From Sedimentisphaerales bacterium (GTDB lineage Bacteria > Planctomycetota > Phycisphaerae > Sedimentisphaerales > SM23-30): a stretch of DNA of 64,000 nucleotides. The notes beneath the pieces are model-generated. The model was given only the letters and a program-made list of their open reading frames with translations. It did no database searches and was not told the origin of the DNA. A program made the position numbers and the translations under genes. Shown piece after piece: positions 21,041 to 30,938 of this stretch (position 1 is the stretch's first letter; each line of letters opens with the position of its first letter). Where the stretch lies: contig CAXXFK010000029.1 in assembly GCA_963663965.2 (NCBI GenBank), positions 96,001 to 160,000 of the forward strand, in the 5' to 3' direction.

Positions 21041-22690
21041 ATGTCAAAGTCACATTTACAACCGGAAGAAATGGCGTTAACGGAGGATTCCCGCCGACAG
21101 ATGGCGGTCATTAATCGTTATAGTCATCAGGTGATCAGCAGTTTATCGATCCATGATGTGATACAAAGCGGACTGGAGGGTATCATTGAAGTTATTCATC
21201 CGGATCTGGCCCTGTTTTTTATGCGCGACGGGGACAAGTTAAAACTGGAGGGATTTCTTGCGGATACTAAGAGTTGTCAAATTGAGTCGATTCCTGTCCA
21301 TCAGGTGGGAGAATGCCTGTGTGGATTGGCGGTTGTGCAGGGTACGCCCATATATTCCAGCGATATCACGATAGATCCACGATGTACCATGCATGAGTGT
21401 AAGCAAGCAGGATTAAAAACTTTTGCCGCCTTACCCTTGATATTTTCCGGTCAGGTACTTGGTGTTTTGGGTCTGGCCAACTGTCATCGCGAAGGGGGCG
21501 ACTTCAAGCCTCAATCAGAATTTCTGGAAATCCTAGCCAATTATATGGCAATTGCCATCAAAAACGCTTTATTTATCGAAGAGTTAAAATCATCTGTTGC
21601 CGAAATAAAGCGGGCCAAAGATGAATGGGAGGGGATTTTTCAGGCAATCGGTGATCCGATTACGGTGATTGACGCCGAGAATCACATATTGAATGCCAAT
21701 CGCGCCGCCTTGTCACTGATTAAAAAAGATCTGGCTGAGATCCGCGGCCGATATTGTTATGAAGTATTTCATGGCACCCATGAACCGCCCCTTGATTGTC
21801 CCCATCTAACCCTTTTGAAAACGCATCGACCCCAAGGTCGTATTATGCCGGTAGAAGTGCTGGGCAGGGAATTACTGGTATCACTTTCTCCGGTCTGTGA
21901 CGCCGATGGCCAACTGGCCAGTGTGATTCATTATGGCCGGGACGTGACCGATTTACGCCAATTCGAAAAAGAAAGAGAAGCGCTGATCAACGAACTCGAG
22001 CAGAAAAATTCCAATCTGGAACAGTTTGTCTACATGGCGTCGCACGATTTAAAGACCCCCCTGGTTGGCATCAATGGATTTATCGGTTTATTGGAAAAAG
22101 ATCTAAAGGCTGGAGAGTATGATGCCGTTGAACGGGACATGAAATATATTCGTCAATCCGCCATGCACATGTATGATCTTTTAAACGATCTATTGCAATA
22201 TTCCCGTCTGGGCTATATTGAAAGTGTGCCGGAAAACATTGAATTAAAATCACTGGTCCAGGAAGTTCTGGATGTTATCAATCAAGGAGTACAACTGGAA
22301 AACACTGAGATTACCATCGCAGACAACATGCCTGTGTTGCATGGCGACCGGTTACGGTTTGCCCAGTTATTTCAGAATCTGATTTCCAACGCAATCAAGT
22401 TCAGTACGGGATGTTCCCCCATAAAGGTTGAAATCGGCTGGAAGCCGCAAAATGAATCACCGGTATTTTTTGTGCGGGATTACGGGGCAGGAATTGCGGC
22501 TGAGTATACTCATAAAATATTTGAATTGTTTCACCAACTCGATCCGGAAATCGAAGGAACCGGAGTGGGATTGACCATCGCCAAACGAATTGTTGAAATG
22601 AATGGCGGTAATATCTGGGTAGAATCAGCCGGGATCGGGCAGGGCAGTACGTTTTGCTTTAGCCTAGGCAAACAATGTTTCAGGGAATGA
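21041..22690 (+). CDS. Cytoplasmic GAF-PAS sensor histidine kinase
   Basis: GAF (GECLCG...DPR), PAS (GRYCYEVFHG..PP.DCP), H-box ASHDLKTPL, NLISNAIKF, GTGVGL. Confidence 0.92.
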   Translation: MSKSHLQPEEMALTEDSRRQMAVINRYSHQVISSLSIHDVIQSGLEGIIEVIHPDLALFFMRDGDKLKLEGFLADTKSCQIESIPVHQVGECLCGLAVVQGTPIYSSDITIDPRCTMHECKQAGLKTFAALPLIFSGQVLGVLGLANCHREGGDFKPQSEFLEILANYMAIAIKNALFIEELKSSVAEIKRAKDEWEGIFQAIGDPITVIDAENHILNANRAALSLIKKDLAEIRGRYCYEVFHGTHEPPLDCPHLTLLKTHRPQGRIMPVEVLGRELLVSLSPVCDADGQLASVIHYGRDVTDLRQFEKEREALINELEQKNSNLEQFVYMASHDLKTPLVGINGFIGLLEKDLKAGEYDAVERDMKYIRQSAMHMYDLLNDLLQYSRLGYIESVPENIELKSLVQEVLDVINQGVQLENTEITIADNMPVLHGDRLRFAQLFQNLISNAIKFSTGCSPIKVEIGWKPQNESPVFFVRDYGAGIAAEYTHKIFELFHQLDPEIEGTGVGLTIAKRIVEMNGGNIWVESAGIGQGSTFCFSLGKQCFRE

Positions 22691-22816
22691 AGATCCGATA
22701 GACCCATCAGGTTAAAAGGTCTGGTCGCAAACAAGCCAAGCCGGTAAATCAGCGCATATCAGGCCCTTGGGTAACAGGTTATTGAATCGAATATGGAATC
22801 GGGCTCTTGGGGATGG

Positions 22817-24199
22817 TTATAGATGGAGCGATTGCTCATGCTGTTTTCCGTCGTCAGTAATAATCAGAATTTGATACCAGCATCCCGTCGCAAGCGAAAA
22901 ACTCACCGAACGCTCGCCCGATTTTGATGCGATCATCTCACCGGCCCAGGATACCTGAACCGTACCGCCGGCTTCATTCGGGATATCAATTTTGACTTCT
23001 TTACGCTGGGAATAAAAACGTGTCACATTCAATGCCGGAACATAGCGAATCTCCATATCCCAAACCAGAGGAAAATAGGTGTTGGTTCTTCGAAAGCAGG
23101 CCGCGTAGACCGAATGCATCCAATTATCCGGGTCGGTCTGGGATTCGCATCGTTCGTTGACCCAATCATCGTTGCGCGGATCCGATCCGGTGCTGCCGAC
23201 ATTGTACCATTGGCCGTCCCAGATTTCGACCCAGTTATGATTGCCTTCAACTTTAGTCCATAAAGGAACGCCGACGATTCTCGCGGGAATTCCTACGCTG
23301 CGACAACAATCGGCCATAAGAATCGACAAACCCGTACAAGACGCATACCCGGCTTCGATCGATTCATAAGGACTCTGATCAGGTTTAGGGCGTTTCGTCG
23401 CGTGGAAATACACATTGAACCGGTCATTCAATTCATTATTCAGCCAGATAGTCGCCTCGACCGGAGTTTTAAATGTCCAGGCTTGTTTCTTCAACCTTTC
23501 CATAAAATCGAGTCGCCAGTTATCGCGCCGTTCGTTCAGGTGGGCATAGGGAAGGATATATTGCAGGAAAATTTGTTCTGGAATATCCTGGCGCCAGGGG
23601 CATTGCTCCCAGGCAGTATAAGCCAGTTCAATTTGCTCGGTTAAAAACTCCTGTTTCAGACTTAAAAGGTCACGATCCGGCATATTGACAATAAGAAAGA
23701 ACGCCGCTTTGGCATGTTCCGGTTTAACCGATTTTAAAGTTTCAAGCAGTGACTGACGGTTGGGGCCGGCACGAAACAAAGCATCCGTCAATTGATCTTT
23801 CTGGTCCTGGGGAACATTGGAAATGGCCTGTGTCAGCATGTCAATCAGGGTTATCAATGATGCCTGATCTAGTGTCAACAGTTCCTCCACGGGGATCTGA
23901 GATACAATTTGAAAGGCAGTCCGCTGATTATCTGGAGGGGTTGCCAGAATTGCTCCGGCTACGTTTTCGCGATTAGTACTGGCTCGATTCAATATCCAGG
24001 AGACAAAATTCCTTCTTCCTTCCGGGAATTGTTTCATTAGAATAGTTACATTGGAGTCATTTTCCTGTTGAGTTTGGGGATTGATCTTTTCTGGATTAGA
24101 CCTGACAGACTTTTCTGGCGGAAGAGAGGTTTGACCCATCACAGTATCGAACAAGCTTGATACGAGCAATAACGTTATTAAGATTCTGGTGTTTTTCAT
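22817..24199 (-). CDS. Secreted transglutaminase-like domain protein
   Basis: Signal peptide from ATG 24199; ASCTGLS (Cys), RSVGIPAR, NHNWVEIWDGQW (His); internally duplicated helical N-terminal segment. Confidence 0.85.
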   Translation of the reverse strand: MKNTRILITLLLVSSLFDTVMGQTSLPPEKSVRSNPEKINPQTQQENDSNVTILMKQFPEGRRNFVSWILNRASTNRENVAGAILATPPDNQRTAFQIVSQIPVEELLTLDQASLITLIDMLTQAISNVPQDQKDQLTDALFRAGPNRQSLLETLKSVKPEHAKAAFFLIVNMPDRDLLSLKQEFLTEQIELAYTAWEQCPWRQDIPEQIFLQYILPYAHLNERRDNWRLDFMERLKKQAWTFKTPVEATIWLNNELNDRFNVYFHATKRPKPDQSPYESIEAGYASCTGLSILMADCCRSVGIPARIVGVPLWTKVEGNHNWVEIWDGQWYNVGSTGSDPRNDDWVNERCESQTDPDNWMHSVYAACFRRTNTYFPLVWDMEIRYVPALNVTRFYSQRKEVKIDIPNEAGGTVQVSWAGEMIASKSGERSVSFSLATGCWYQILIITDDGKQHEQSLHL

Positions 24200-24289
24200 T
24201 CTTAATCCTTCTGATGATTTAACGATTATACTAATAAGAATAATCTCCACAAAATCTGGCAGGTATTATGGCGATTGACAGGCAGAAGA

Positions 24290-26158
24290 TCATTCAGACG
24301 CCATACCCTGGTTCTGTGGAGGGAATTGGAGGTAGAATGTTGTGCCATGACCTATGCCTTCAGACTCCAGCCAGATATTGCCGCGGTGTGCGTCTACGAT
24401 ACGCCGCACCAGGGTCAGCCCAAATCCGGAGCCTTCGCTTGAGCGATCAAGCTTTTGAAAAAGGCCAAATATTTTTTCACGCGATTCCGGATCGACGCCA
24501 ATACCGTTATCTCGAATATAGATCAAATTAGAACCATCTCGCATTTCTGTGCCGATTGCAATTAGCGGATCCGATTGATCGTACATGAATTTGATGGCAT
24601 TATCAATCAGATTATGAAAAACTTGCAGCAGACGTGAAGAATCCCCTGTGATCATAGGAAGAAACCCAATAACAATTTTGGCTCCAATACGTTTAATCCC
24701 GGCATCGTTCAATTCCAGCGCTTCGCCAACCACTTTATTCAGATCGACAATGTCTTTGCATTCGGCTATTTGTCCCAACCGGGATAAGGTCAGGAGGTTT
24801 TCAATCAGCTGTTTCAATCGTTTGGCGGAGTTTTCGAGTCGGAAAATGGCGTTCTCGATACCTTCCCGATCATTATTATCCAGGGCTTTTTTGAGTAAAT
24901 AAGTGAAGCCTTCGATCGTTATCAACGGCGTTTTCAGATCGTGTGATATACTATAGGCATATTGCTCGAGTTCCTGATTTCTGGCCGTCAGGTTTTTAAG
25001 TAAATTGTCGCGCTCTTTACGCACCTGAACCTGGTCAGTAATTTCAATAATATTTCCCAGAAGATGACGCTGGTTGATATCGTCGATAAAAAGCCGTGAA
25101 TTGAGTGAGAAAGTTTTGTAATGGCCGCCGTCGACCAAGAAGCGGTATACAAAAATACCGGTGGCGCTCTCTCCATCTAGAACCATTTGTACTGTATTTT
25201 GCACATCGATGCGATCCTGGGGATGTATATAAACGAGCATCTGCTCGAACGAAGGGTGCCCCTGGCCGAATTGGGGATTTCCCAGAAGCGCCGCCGCTTC
25301 CGGTGAAATCGTAAATGTCATGGTATCCAGATGCAACGTCCAGGTGCCCAGGTGGGTCAACTCACTGGCCAGATCCATTTCCAGGCGGCTTTGACGCAAT
25401 TGCAAAATGCTTTTTTTGACTTTGGTATCCAGCCGGATATTGATTAACATTAAAGCGGCAATGACAACGACAGCGGCCATCGAACACCATAAAACCAGGT
25501 TGGATAACCGAAAATCGTTTTCAATCGGAGTCATAACGGCCAGAATCCCAATGACCTGATCAGGTTGATTAATGATGGTTTCGTCGCGATAGCTTTCTGA
25601 GAGGGGCAGGCCGGGATCGTCTGTCAGAATCGGATCATCGACAAGAATTCCGGGGAGTTGGTACTGGGCTAATGGAACCGCATAATACAGGATGCGTTGG
25701 TCACGCATCAGTCTGATTTCTCTATAAGCGCTTGGCAGCGCCCCGGATCTGAAGCGGTTGATTAAATCCATTTCAAAAGGATCGGCGATCAACTCCGGAT
25801 TATTTGCTTTAATACGGGCTATACGAAAATGTATTCCAGGCAGATTGTGGCCAGCCAGTTCTTCATTATAGTATCTGACCATATGCTGAAGGGCAAATTC
25901 TGAAGACAGGATTTCCGGATTGCTCAATCCGGGCGGGATCATGTTATTGCCGACTAATTCGTTGTGTTTGGCATGAATCACTTCATGAAAATAGCGTTGA
26001 ACCGCAGTGATTTCCATGATCAAGAGTTTTGCGCGTTTTTCCGCTTGCTTTATGACGTGACTTTCCGTGGCGATATAGCCTGATATGACCGCTAAAGCCA
26101 ATAAGGCAATGACGATTATTTCATACAGCCGGTTTTTTTCCCTGGTCAATGGCGACAT
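24290..26158 (-). CDS. Membrane sensor histidine kinase (DUF3365/Tll0287-like periplasmic domain, PAS, HisKA, HATPase)
   Basis: Two TMs; NNP...ADPFE..LI..F pattern; HPQD PAS; SHDLKTPL; NLIDNAIKF; GSGFGL; start at ATG 26158. Confidence 0.88.
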   Translation of the reverse strand: MSPLTREKNRLYEIIVIALLALAVISGYIATESHVIKQAEKRAKLLIMEITAVQRYFHEVIHAKHNELVGNNMIPPGLSNPEILSSEFALQHMVRYYNEELAGHNLPGIHFRIARIKANNPELIADPFEMDLINRFRSGALPSAYREIRLMRDQRILYYAVPLAQYQLPGILVDDPILTDDPGLPLSESYRDETIINQPDQVIGILAVMTPIENDFRLSNLVLWCSMAAVVVIAALMLINIRLDTKVKKSILQLRQSRLEMDLASELTHLGTWTLHLDTMTFTISPEAAALLGNPQFGQGHPSFEQMLVYIHPQDRIDVQNTVQMVLDGESATGIFVYRFLVDGGHYKTFSLNSRLFIDDINQRHLLGNIIEITDQVQVRKERDNLLKNLTARNQELEQYAYSISHDLKTPLITIEGFTYLLKKALDNNDREGIENAIFRLENSAKRLKQLIENLLTLSRLGQIAECKDIVDLNKVVGEALELNDAGIKRIGAKIVIGFLPMITGDSSRLLQVFHNLIDNAIKFMYDQSDPLIAIGTEMRDGSNLIYIRDNGIGVDPESREKIFGLFQKLDRSSEGSGFGLTLVRRIVDAHRGNIWLESEGIGHGTTFYLQFPPQNQGMASE

Positions 26159-26260
26159 AAAATTACGAGTCAAATAATTCGGATTAGGGAGAATAGCGCA
26201 ATGAATTTGATAAACACAACATAGTGAATTCAAGCTTTGATTTCAAACAAATAATTAAAG

Positions 26261-26269
26261 ATAAATCAT
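26261..26269 (+). repeat. Target-site duplication, left copy
   Basis: ATAAATCAT, identical to 27684-27692. Confidence 0.92.
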
Positions 26270-27683
26270 CACTCTTGTCCAAAATAAATTTTGACAATTA
26301 AATAGAGATATCTCCAGGATGAGTTATATTAAAGTTGCAAAAAAATAAAAAACTCAGCTGGAGATATAAACCCATGATAAAGTCAGGCAGTCTGTTTACG
26401 CAAGTACTTTCTCTGGTAGATCGTAATGAATTTGCCCGATCTGTAGATCGATTTGGGGCGGAAAAGCATTGCAAGGGCTTCCGTTGCTGGGATCAGTTTG
26501 TGTCAATGATGTTTTGCCAGTTGGCCGGTGCGAACTCCCTGCGTGAGATCTGTGGTGGATTATCCACGGCCCTGGGCAAATTGACCCATCTGGGCATGAA
26601 AGAGGCGCCCTCCCGTTCCACCCTGAGCTACGCGAATACTCAGCGGCCATGGCAGTTGTATGAAGCGACCTTCTATCAGCTTTATCAGTATGGCGCTGAG
26701 ATCGCCGGTAAGCAGAAGCGGCGCTTCCGATTCAAGAACCCGTTATTCAGCATAGATGCCAGCACCATTGACTTGTGCCTTAAGGTGTTTGACTGGGCCA
26801 GATTTCGGCAGCGTAAAGGAGCGGTGAAACTCCACATGATGCTTGATCACCAGGGCTGTTTGCCCAGTTGGGCCTGGATCACCGACGGCAAGGTTCATGA
26901 TGTCAAAGCGGCTAGAATGCTTGATTTAGAGCCGGGAACGATCGTAGCGATGGATCGAGGGTATGTCGATTACGAATTATTTGACCACTGGACTGAAACC
27001 GGTGTCTGGTTTGTCACCAAAGCCAAAAGTAATATGAACTACCGCGTGGTCGAATCTCGGGAGGTTCCTGAGAGAGGCAATATTCTGTCCGATGAGTTGA
27101 TCGAATTTACCGGTTATCAAGCCCAAAAAAGATGCCCTCGTGTGATGCGGCGGATTGTGGTATGGGATGCGGAAAATGAGCGTGAGATTACCTTGCTGAC
27201 CAATCATCTGACATTTGCCGCCAGCACGATCAGTTCGATCTACAAAGATCGCTGGCAGATTGAGTTGTTTTTCAAGGCGCTCAAGCAGAATTTAAAAGTA
27301 AAGACCTTTGTGGGTACCAGCGAAAATGCCGTCAAGACACAGATTTGGACAGCATTGATATGTAGCTTAATACTGAAGATCATGCAGATGCGTTCCCGTT
27401 TTGGCTGGAGCCTGTCTAACCTGGCCGCCCTGTTAAGGCTTAACTTGATGACTTATCGTGAGTTGTGGACATGGCTGGATAATCCGTATCAAACGGCGGC
27501 ATTAGGGCCGCCTGTCAACCAGCCCTTATTGTTTGAACTGTAACTTGGACAGCATGAAATATAACCGTATAAAAAAACAGGGTAACCTGAACTCAGAAAA
27601 TGGAAAAATCTGTCTGAAACAACCCTTTCAGGCCGGTTTAGAGACAACATGTTAGAGATTTCAATTTATTTTGGACAGCAGTG
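26270..27683 (+). mobile_element. IS4-family insertion sequence, 1414 bp, apparently intact
   Basis: TIRs CACTCTTGTCCAAAATAAATT (from 26270) and reverse-complement CACTGCTGTCCAAAATAAATT (ending 27683), 19/21 match; flanked by 9-bp direct repeat ATAAATCAT. Confidence 0.95.
26374..27543 (+). CDS. IS4-family DDE transposase (DUF4372 + DDE_Tnp_1 type)
   Basis: IDASTI, MDRGY, YKDRWQIELFFKALKQ (YREK motif), GTSENAVKTQIW. Confidence 0.95.
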   Translation: MIKSGSLFTQVLSLVDRNEFARSVDRFGAEKHCKGFRCWDQFVSMMFCQLAGANSLREICGGLSTALGKLTHLGMKEAPSRSTLSYANTQRPWQLYEATFYQLYQYGAEIAGKQKRRFRFKNPLFSIDASTIDLCLKVFDWARFRQRKGAVKLHMMLDHQGCLPSWAWITDGKVHDVKAARMLDLEPGTIVAMDRGYVDYELFDHWTETGVWFVTKAKSNMNYRVVESREVPERGNILSDELIEFTGYQAQKRCPRVMRRIVVWDAENEREITLLTNHLTFAASTISSIYKDRWQIELFFKALKQNLKVKTFVGTSENAVKTQIWTALICSLILKIMQMRSRFGWSLSNLAALLRLNLMTYRELWTWLDNPYQTAALGPPVNQPLLFEL

Positions 27684-27692
27684 ATAAATCAT
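27684..27692 (+). repeat. Target-site duplication, right copy
   Basis: ATAAATCAT, identical to 26261-26269. Confidence 0.92.
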
Positions 27693-28006
27693 ATAAGATG
27701 TTAAAGTGTAAAATTATTGTTATGAATTACTTTCAGCCATTTGATACTATCAAAGAATTGATTGGCAGTTTATTGCGAGGCGTATAATGGCGATGCATAT
27801 GGCCAGATAAAAAAACAGGATTGAAACGTAATTGACCGGTTGGCAGAAGAAGATATGAGAAGCCATTCCGGAGGCAAGACTCCAGTCAGCTATCAAACTG
27901 GCTGGAATGTCTCGCCTTATTCCAGGAATGTGCGTTTGGAGGAGGTTATGAAAAATGGTGTGTGTTATTTTGGGAGGGATCGCCAAGGCGATTCGTTATG
28001 TATGAC

Positions 28007-28090
28007 TGCGGATGAGAGGATTCGAACCTCCACGAGCTAATGCCCACAGGCACCTGAAGCCTGCGCGTCTGCCAGTTCCGCCACATCCGC
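28007..28090 (-). tRNA. tRNA-Leu(CAG), CCA not encoded
   Basis: GCGGATG acceptor stem, TGGCAGA D-loop, CAGGC-TTCAGGT-GCCTG anticodon arm, long variable arm, GGTTCGAATCC T-arm. Confidence 0.97.
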
Positions 28091-28110
28091 GGCGTGTGGG
28101 TAGATCAACT

Positions 28111-28138
28111 ATTTTAATAGAGGGCGGTTAAAAGTCAA
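28111..28138 (-). promoter_or_regulatory. Sigma70 promoter of tRNA-Leu
   Basis: TTGACT-N16-TAAAAT on the minus strand, 20 nt upstream of the tRNA. Confidence 0.7.
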
Positions 28139-28199
28139 GAGGGTATTTGAAAAACTTTTTTATTGATTATCGCGTATTAACTGATTTATTTGTAATTGG

Positions 28200-29960
28200 T
28201 TACATTTTTTCGAGGGTTTCAATGCCCAGCAGGTTCAGGCCGGCTTGGATGACTGAGGCGGTTGCCCGGCACAGAAACAGGCGGCTGGTTCGCAAAGGTT
28301 CTTCCGATTTGAGTACCGGACAGGCATTATAGAAGGTGTTGAAGTTTTGCGACAGGTCGAAAAGATAAGTTGTCAGAAGATGGGGGCGCAAGTCATGCCC
28401 AACGGTTTCAATGATTTCATTAAAACGAAGCAGGGTGCGGATCAGAGTCCGTTCGGCGGGATCCGTAATGGAAATGTTATCGGGTGTGATAGAGGAGTGA
28501 TCCTGTTCAATATCGCCTTTGCGGAATATGCTTTGAATCCGCGCGTAGGAATATTGCATATAAGGGGCGGTATTGCCTTCCATCGCCAGCATCCGGTCCC
28601 AACTGAAGATGTAATCGTTGACGAGATTACTGGACAGGTCGGCGTATTTGACTGCCCCGATACCAACGGCATGGGCAATTTGCGCTTTTTCATTTTCAGG
28701 CAGGTCAGGGTTTTTGTCTTCAACGATCGACTGAGCCCGTTCGACCGCTTCATTAAGCAGGGCTTTCAGTTTAATGCTTTCGCCACTGCGTGCTTTGAAA
28801 GGTTTGCCGTCTTCACCCTGTACGGAACCAAAAGGGACATGTTCCAGTGATACCGCAGGGGGAACCCAGCCGGCCTGGCGGGCGCAGGTGAAGACCATGT
28901 CAAAATGCTGGATCTGGCGGGCGTCGGTAACGTAAATGATCCGGGTGGCTTTTAGTTGATCGATCCGATAGCGGATAGCGGCCAGGTCGGTGGTGGCGTA
29001 CAGAAAAGCGCCATCGCTTTTCTGTACGATGAGCGGCTGGATTTCGCCATCGCGGTTTTTGAATTTGTCCATGAAAACGCATTGGGCGCCATTGGATTCT
29101 TTGAGCATACCGGCTTTGTCCAGATCGCTGACGACATTGGCCAGCAGTTCGCCATAGGCGCTTTCGCCCCGGGTGTGTTCTGGGCCAAGGGTGACACCTA
29201 ATTTGTCATAAACCTGCTGACAATGGTGCATGGATTCATTTAGAAAGGCGCGCCAGATTTTCAAGGATGGATCATGATGACGATGCAGATTAACCGTTTC
29301 CTGATAGGCTTGTTTTCGGAACGCTTCATCGTTGTCGAATGCCAGTTTGGCCTGTTGATAGAAGACGCCCAGATCGGCAATTTCAAAGGATTCGGGTTGG
29401 TCGAGCACTTCGGGATGGGTTTGTTTGAGATAGGCGACCAGCATGCCAAACTGGGTGCCCCAGTCGCCGACGTGGTTCTGGCGGATGATGGATTCGGGTT
29501 TGCCGGTCAGGAATTCGAGAATCCGTGCGATGACATCACCAATGATGGTACTACGGATATGGCCGACGTGCATTTCTTTAGCGAGGTTGGGGCTGGAGAA
29601 ATCCACAACGGTGACGGGCGCTTCGGGGTGGGTGTCAACACCTAAACGGTCAGGATCGTTGAGCAGGGCGGTCAGGCTGGCGGTGAGGTATTCCGTTTTG
29701 ACTCGCAAGTTGATGAAACCCGGTCCGGCGATTTCTGGCGTTTCGCAGATATCGCTTAAGTCCAGTTTTTCGACTACCCGGGTGGCCAGTTCACGGGGGT
29801 TGGTTTTGAGCTTTTTGGCCTGTCCCATGACGCCATTGGCTTGATAATCGCCAAATTTAGGATCCTGGGTGGGTTTGACTACTGCGGCGGCGGGTTCGCC
29901 GATGAGTTCGGTCAGGACTGATGATATGCGTTCTTCTAACTGTGTGATGATTGGTTTCAT
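28200..29960 (-). CDS. argS: Arginine--tRNA ligase
   Basis: FGDYQAN, AGPGFIN, SSPNLAKEMHVGH (HIGH), HVGDWGTQFG, GNTAPY.QY..ARI. Confidence 0.98.
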   Translation of the reverse strand: MKPIITQLEERISSVLTELIGEPAAAVVKPTQDPKFGDYQANGVMGQAKKLKTNPRELATRVVEKLDLSDICETPEIAGPGFINLRVKTEYLTASLTALLNDPDRLGVDTHPEAPVTVVDFSSPNLAKEMHVGHIRSTIIGDVIARILEFLTGKPESIIRQNHVGDWGTQFGMLVAYLKQTHPEVLDQPESFEIADLGVFYQQAKLAFDNDEAFRKQAYQETVNLHRHHDPSLKIWRAFLNESMHHCQQVYDKLGVTLGPEHTRGESAYGELLANVVSDLDKAGMLKESNGAQCVFMDKFKNRDGEIQPLIVQKSDGAFLYATTDLAAIRYRIDQLKATRIIYVTDARQIQHFDMVFTCARQAGWVPPAVSLEHVPFGSVQGEDGKPFKARSGESIKLKALLNEAVERAQSIVEDKNPDLPENEKAQIAHAVGIGAVKYADLSSNLVNDYIFSWDRMLAMEGNTAPYMQYSYARIQSIFRKGDIEQDHSSITPDNISITDPAERTLIRTLLRFNEIIETVGHDLRPHLLTTYLFDLSQNFNTFYNACPVLKSEEPLRTSRLFLCRATASVIQAGLNLLGIETLEKM

Positions 29961-30008
29961 ATGGAAGTTATCCAGCCTGATTTTCAGGTGTAATAATTTA
30001 GTCGGGCT

Positions 30009-30401
30009 TTAAGATTCTTTGCGGCTGGCGAACGGTACACGGGGGGCATCCCCCCAGAGCAGTTCGAGATCGTAAAAGGCCCGAAATTCATCATCGAAAA
30101 TGTGCATGATGACATCAACGAAATCGATGACAGCCCATTTGCCTTCCTGGAATCCGGCGTGGCCGTAGACCTTGAAGCCGTGATCTTCGCCGAGGTTTTC
30201 CGCCTCGCGAGCCAGGTTACGAATCTGGGTGGCGCTGGTACCGGTGCAAATAACGAAATGGCGGGCGATCGGACTGCGGCCTTCGAGGTCCAAGATCAGT
30301 ATATTCCTGCAGTTACGATCTTCGGCCAGGATGGCCAGGTTTTGGGCAAGTGTTTTGCTTTCCTCATGATTTTTTGAGGAGACTTTCGGCGCGTTTTCCA
30401 T
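30009..30401 (-). CDS. rsfS: Ribosome silencing factor (Iojap)
   Basis: FVICTGTS, W..IDF.DVI.HIF....R.FYDLE.LW. Confidence 0.95.
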   Translation of the reverse strand: MENAPKVSSKNHEESKTLAQNLAILAEDRNCRNILILDLEGRSPIARHFVICTGTSATQIRNLAREAENLGEDHGFKVYGHAGFQEGKWAVIDFVDVIMHIFDDEFRAFYDLELLWGDAPRVPFASRKES

Positions 30402-30455
30402 ATCTTATTGTAATCCAAACTCTTATTAATATTTAGGTTTCAAGTTAAATAACAC

Positions 30456-30483
30456 ATTATACCAGAAAATGACTTAGTCTCAA
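30456..30483 (-). promoter_or_regulatory. Sigma70 promoter of rsfS-argS
   Basis: TTGAGA-N16-TATAAT with extended TG on the minus strand. Confidence 0.65.
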
Positions 30484-30817
30484 GATGTAATTGAATCAAG
30501 TAGCTTTGAGTTGGAGGATTGAAAAAGTGAAACTTGAACCATTGCCTAATTGGATAAATTACAATTTGTTAAGTATTGAAATGTGACTAATGGGTTCGTT
30601 TCCACTGATCCGTAATTGGTCGAGGTTATTGAAGAGCTATTTTGCTATTTATCAGTATTTAAATAAGCTGTTAATGTTATGGTTTCTAAATTAGCCCAGA
30701 TCTGATTATTGAAAATGACGAGACGTTGTCCAGTTCGCGGGATGGATCAAGGTGGGCATACCAGCAATTCAAGAGCTGATACAAACATTGAAGTGACATA
30801 ACATCAGTAAATAAAAT

Positions 30818-30842
30818 AATCTCGACTATATTACTTGAGATT
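30818..30842. promoter_or_regulatory. Palindromic operator upstream of metY (Rrf2/CymR/IscR-like)
   Basis: AATCTCGACTATATTACTTGAGATT imperfect 25-bp palindrome just upstream of the -35 box. Confidence 0.55.
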
Positions 30843-30856
30843 TCTGCACTTTCTAT

Positions 30857-30885
30857 TTGTCTTTTGACAAATCAGGTCATATTAT
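30857..30885 (+). promoter_or_regulatory. Sigma70 promoter of metY
   Basis: TTGTCT-N17-TATTAT; RBS aaggag before ATG 30939. Confidence 0.55.
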
Positions 30886-30938
30886 TTGGCAACTGAGCTG
30901 GAATCAAACATGGACTCTCTATATAGAAGGAGATCAAA

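Noticed and set aside
20820..28007. Genomic island integrated at tRNA-Leu
   Set aside because: No integrase and no duplicated tRNA 3' end found by eye; only an IS is present
30790..30818. dif-like site at the skew switch
   Set aside because: Left arm AAGTGACATAA is vaguely XerC-like, but the right arm does not match TTATGTTAAAT
30700..30938. SAM riboswitch upstream of metY
   Set aside because: No ATCNAGAG...GCAACC...GTGC SAM-I core; the predicted leader is only about 45 nt
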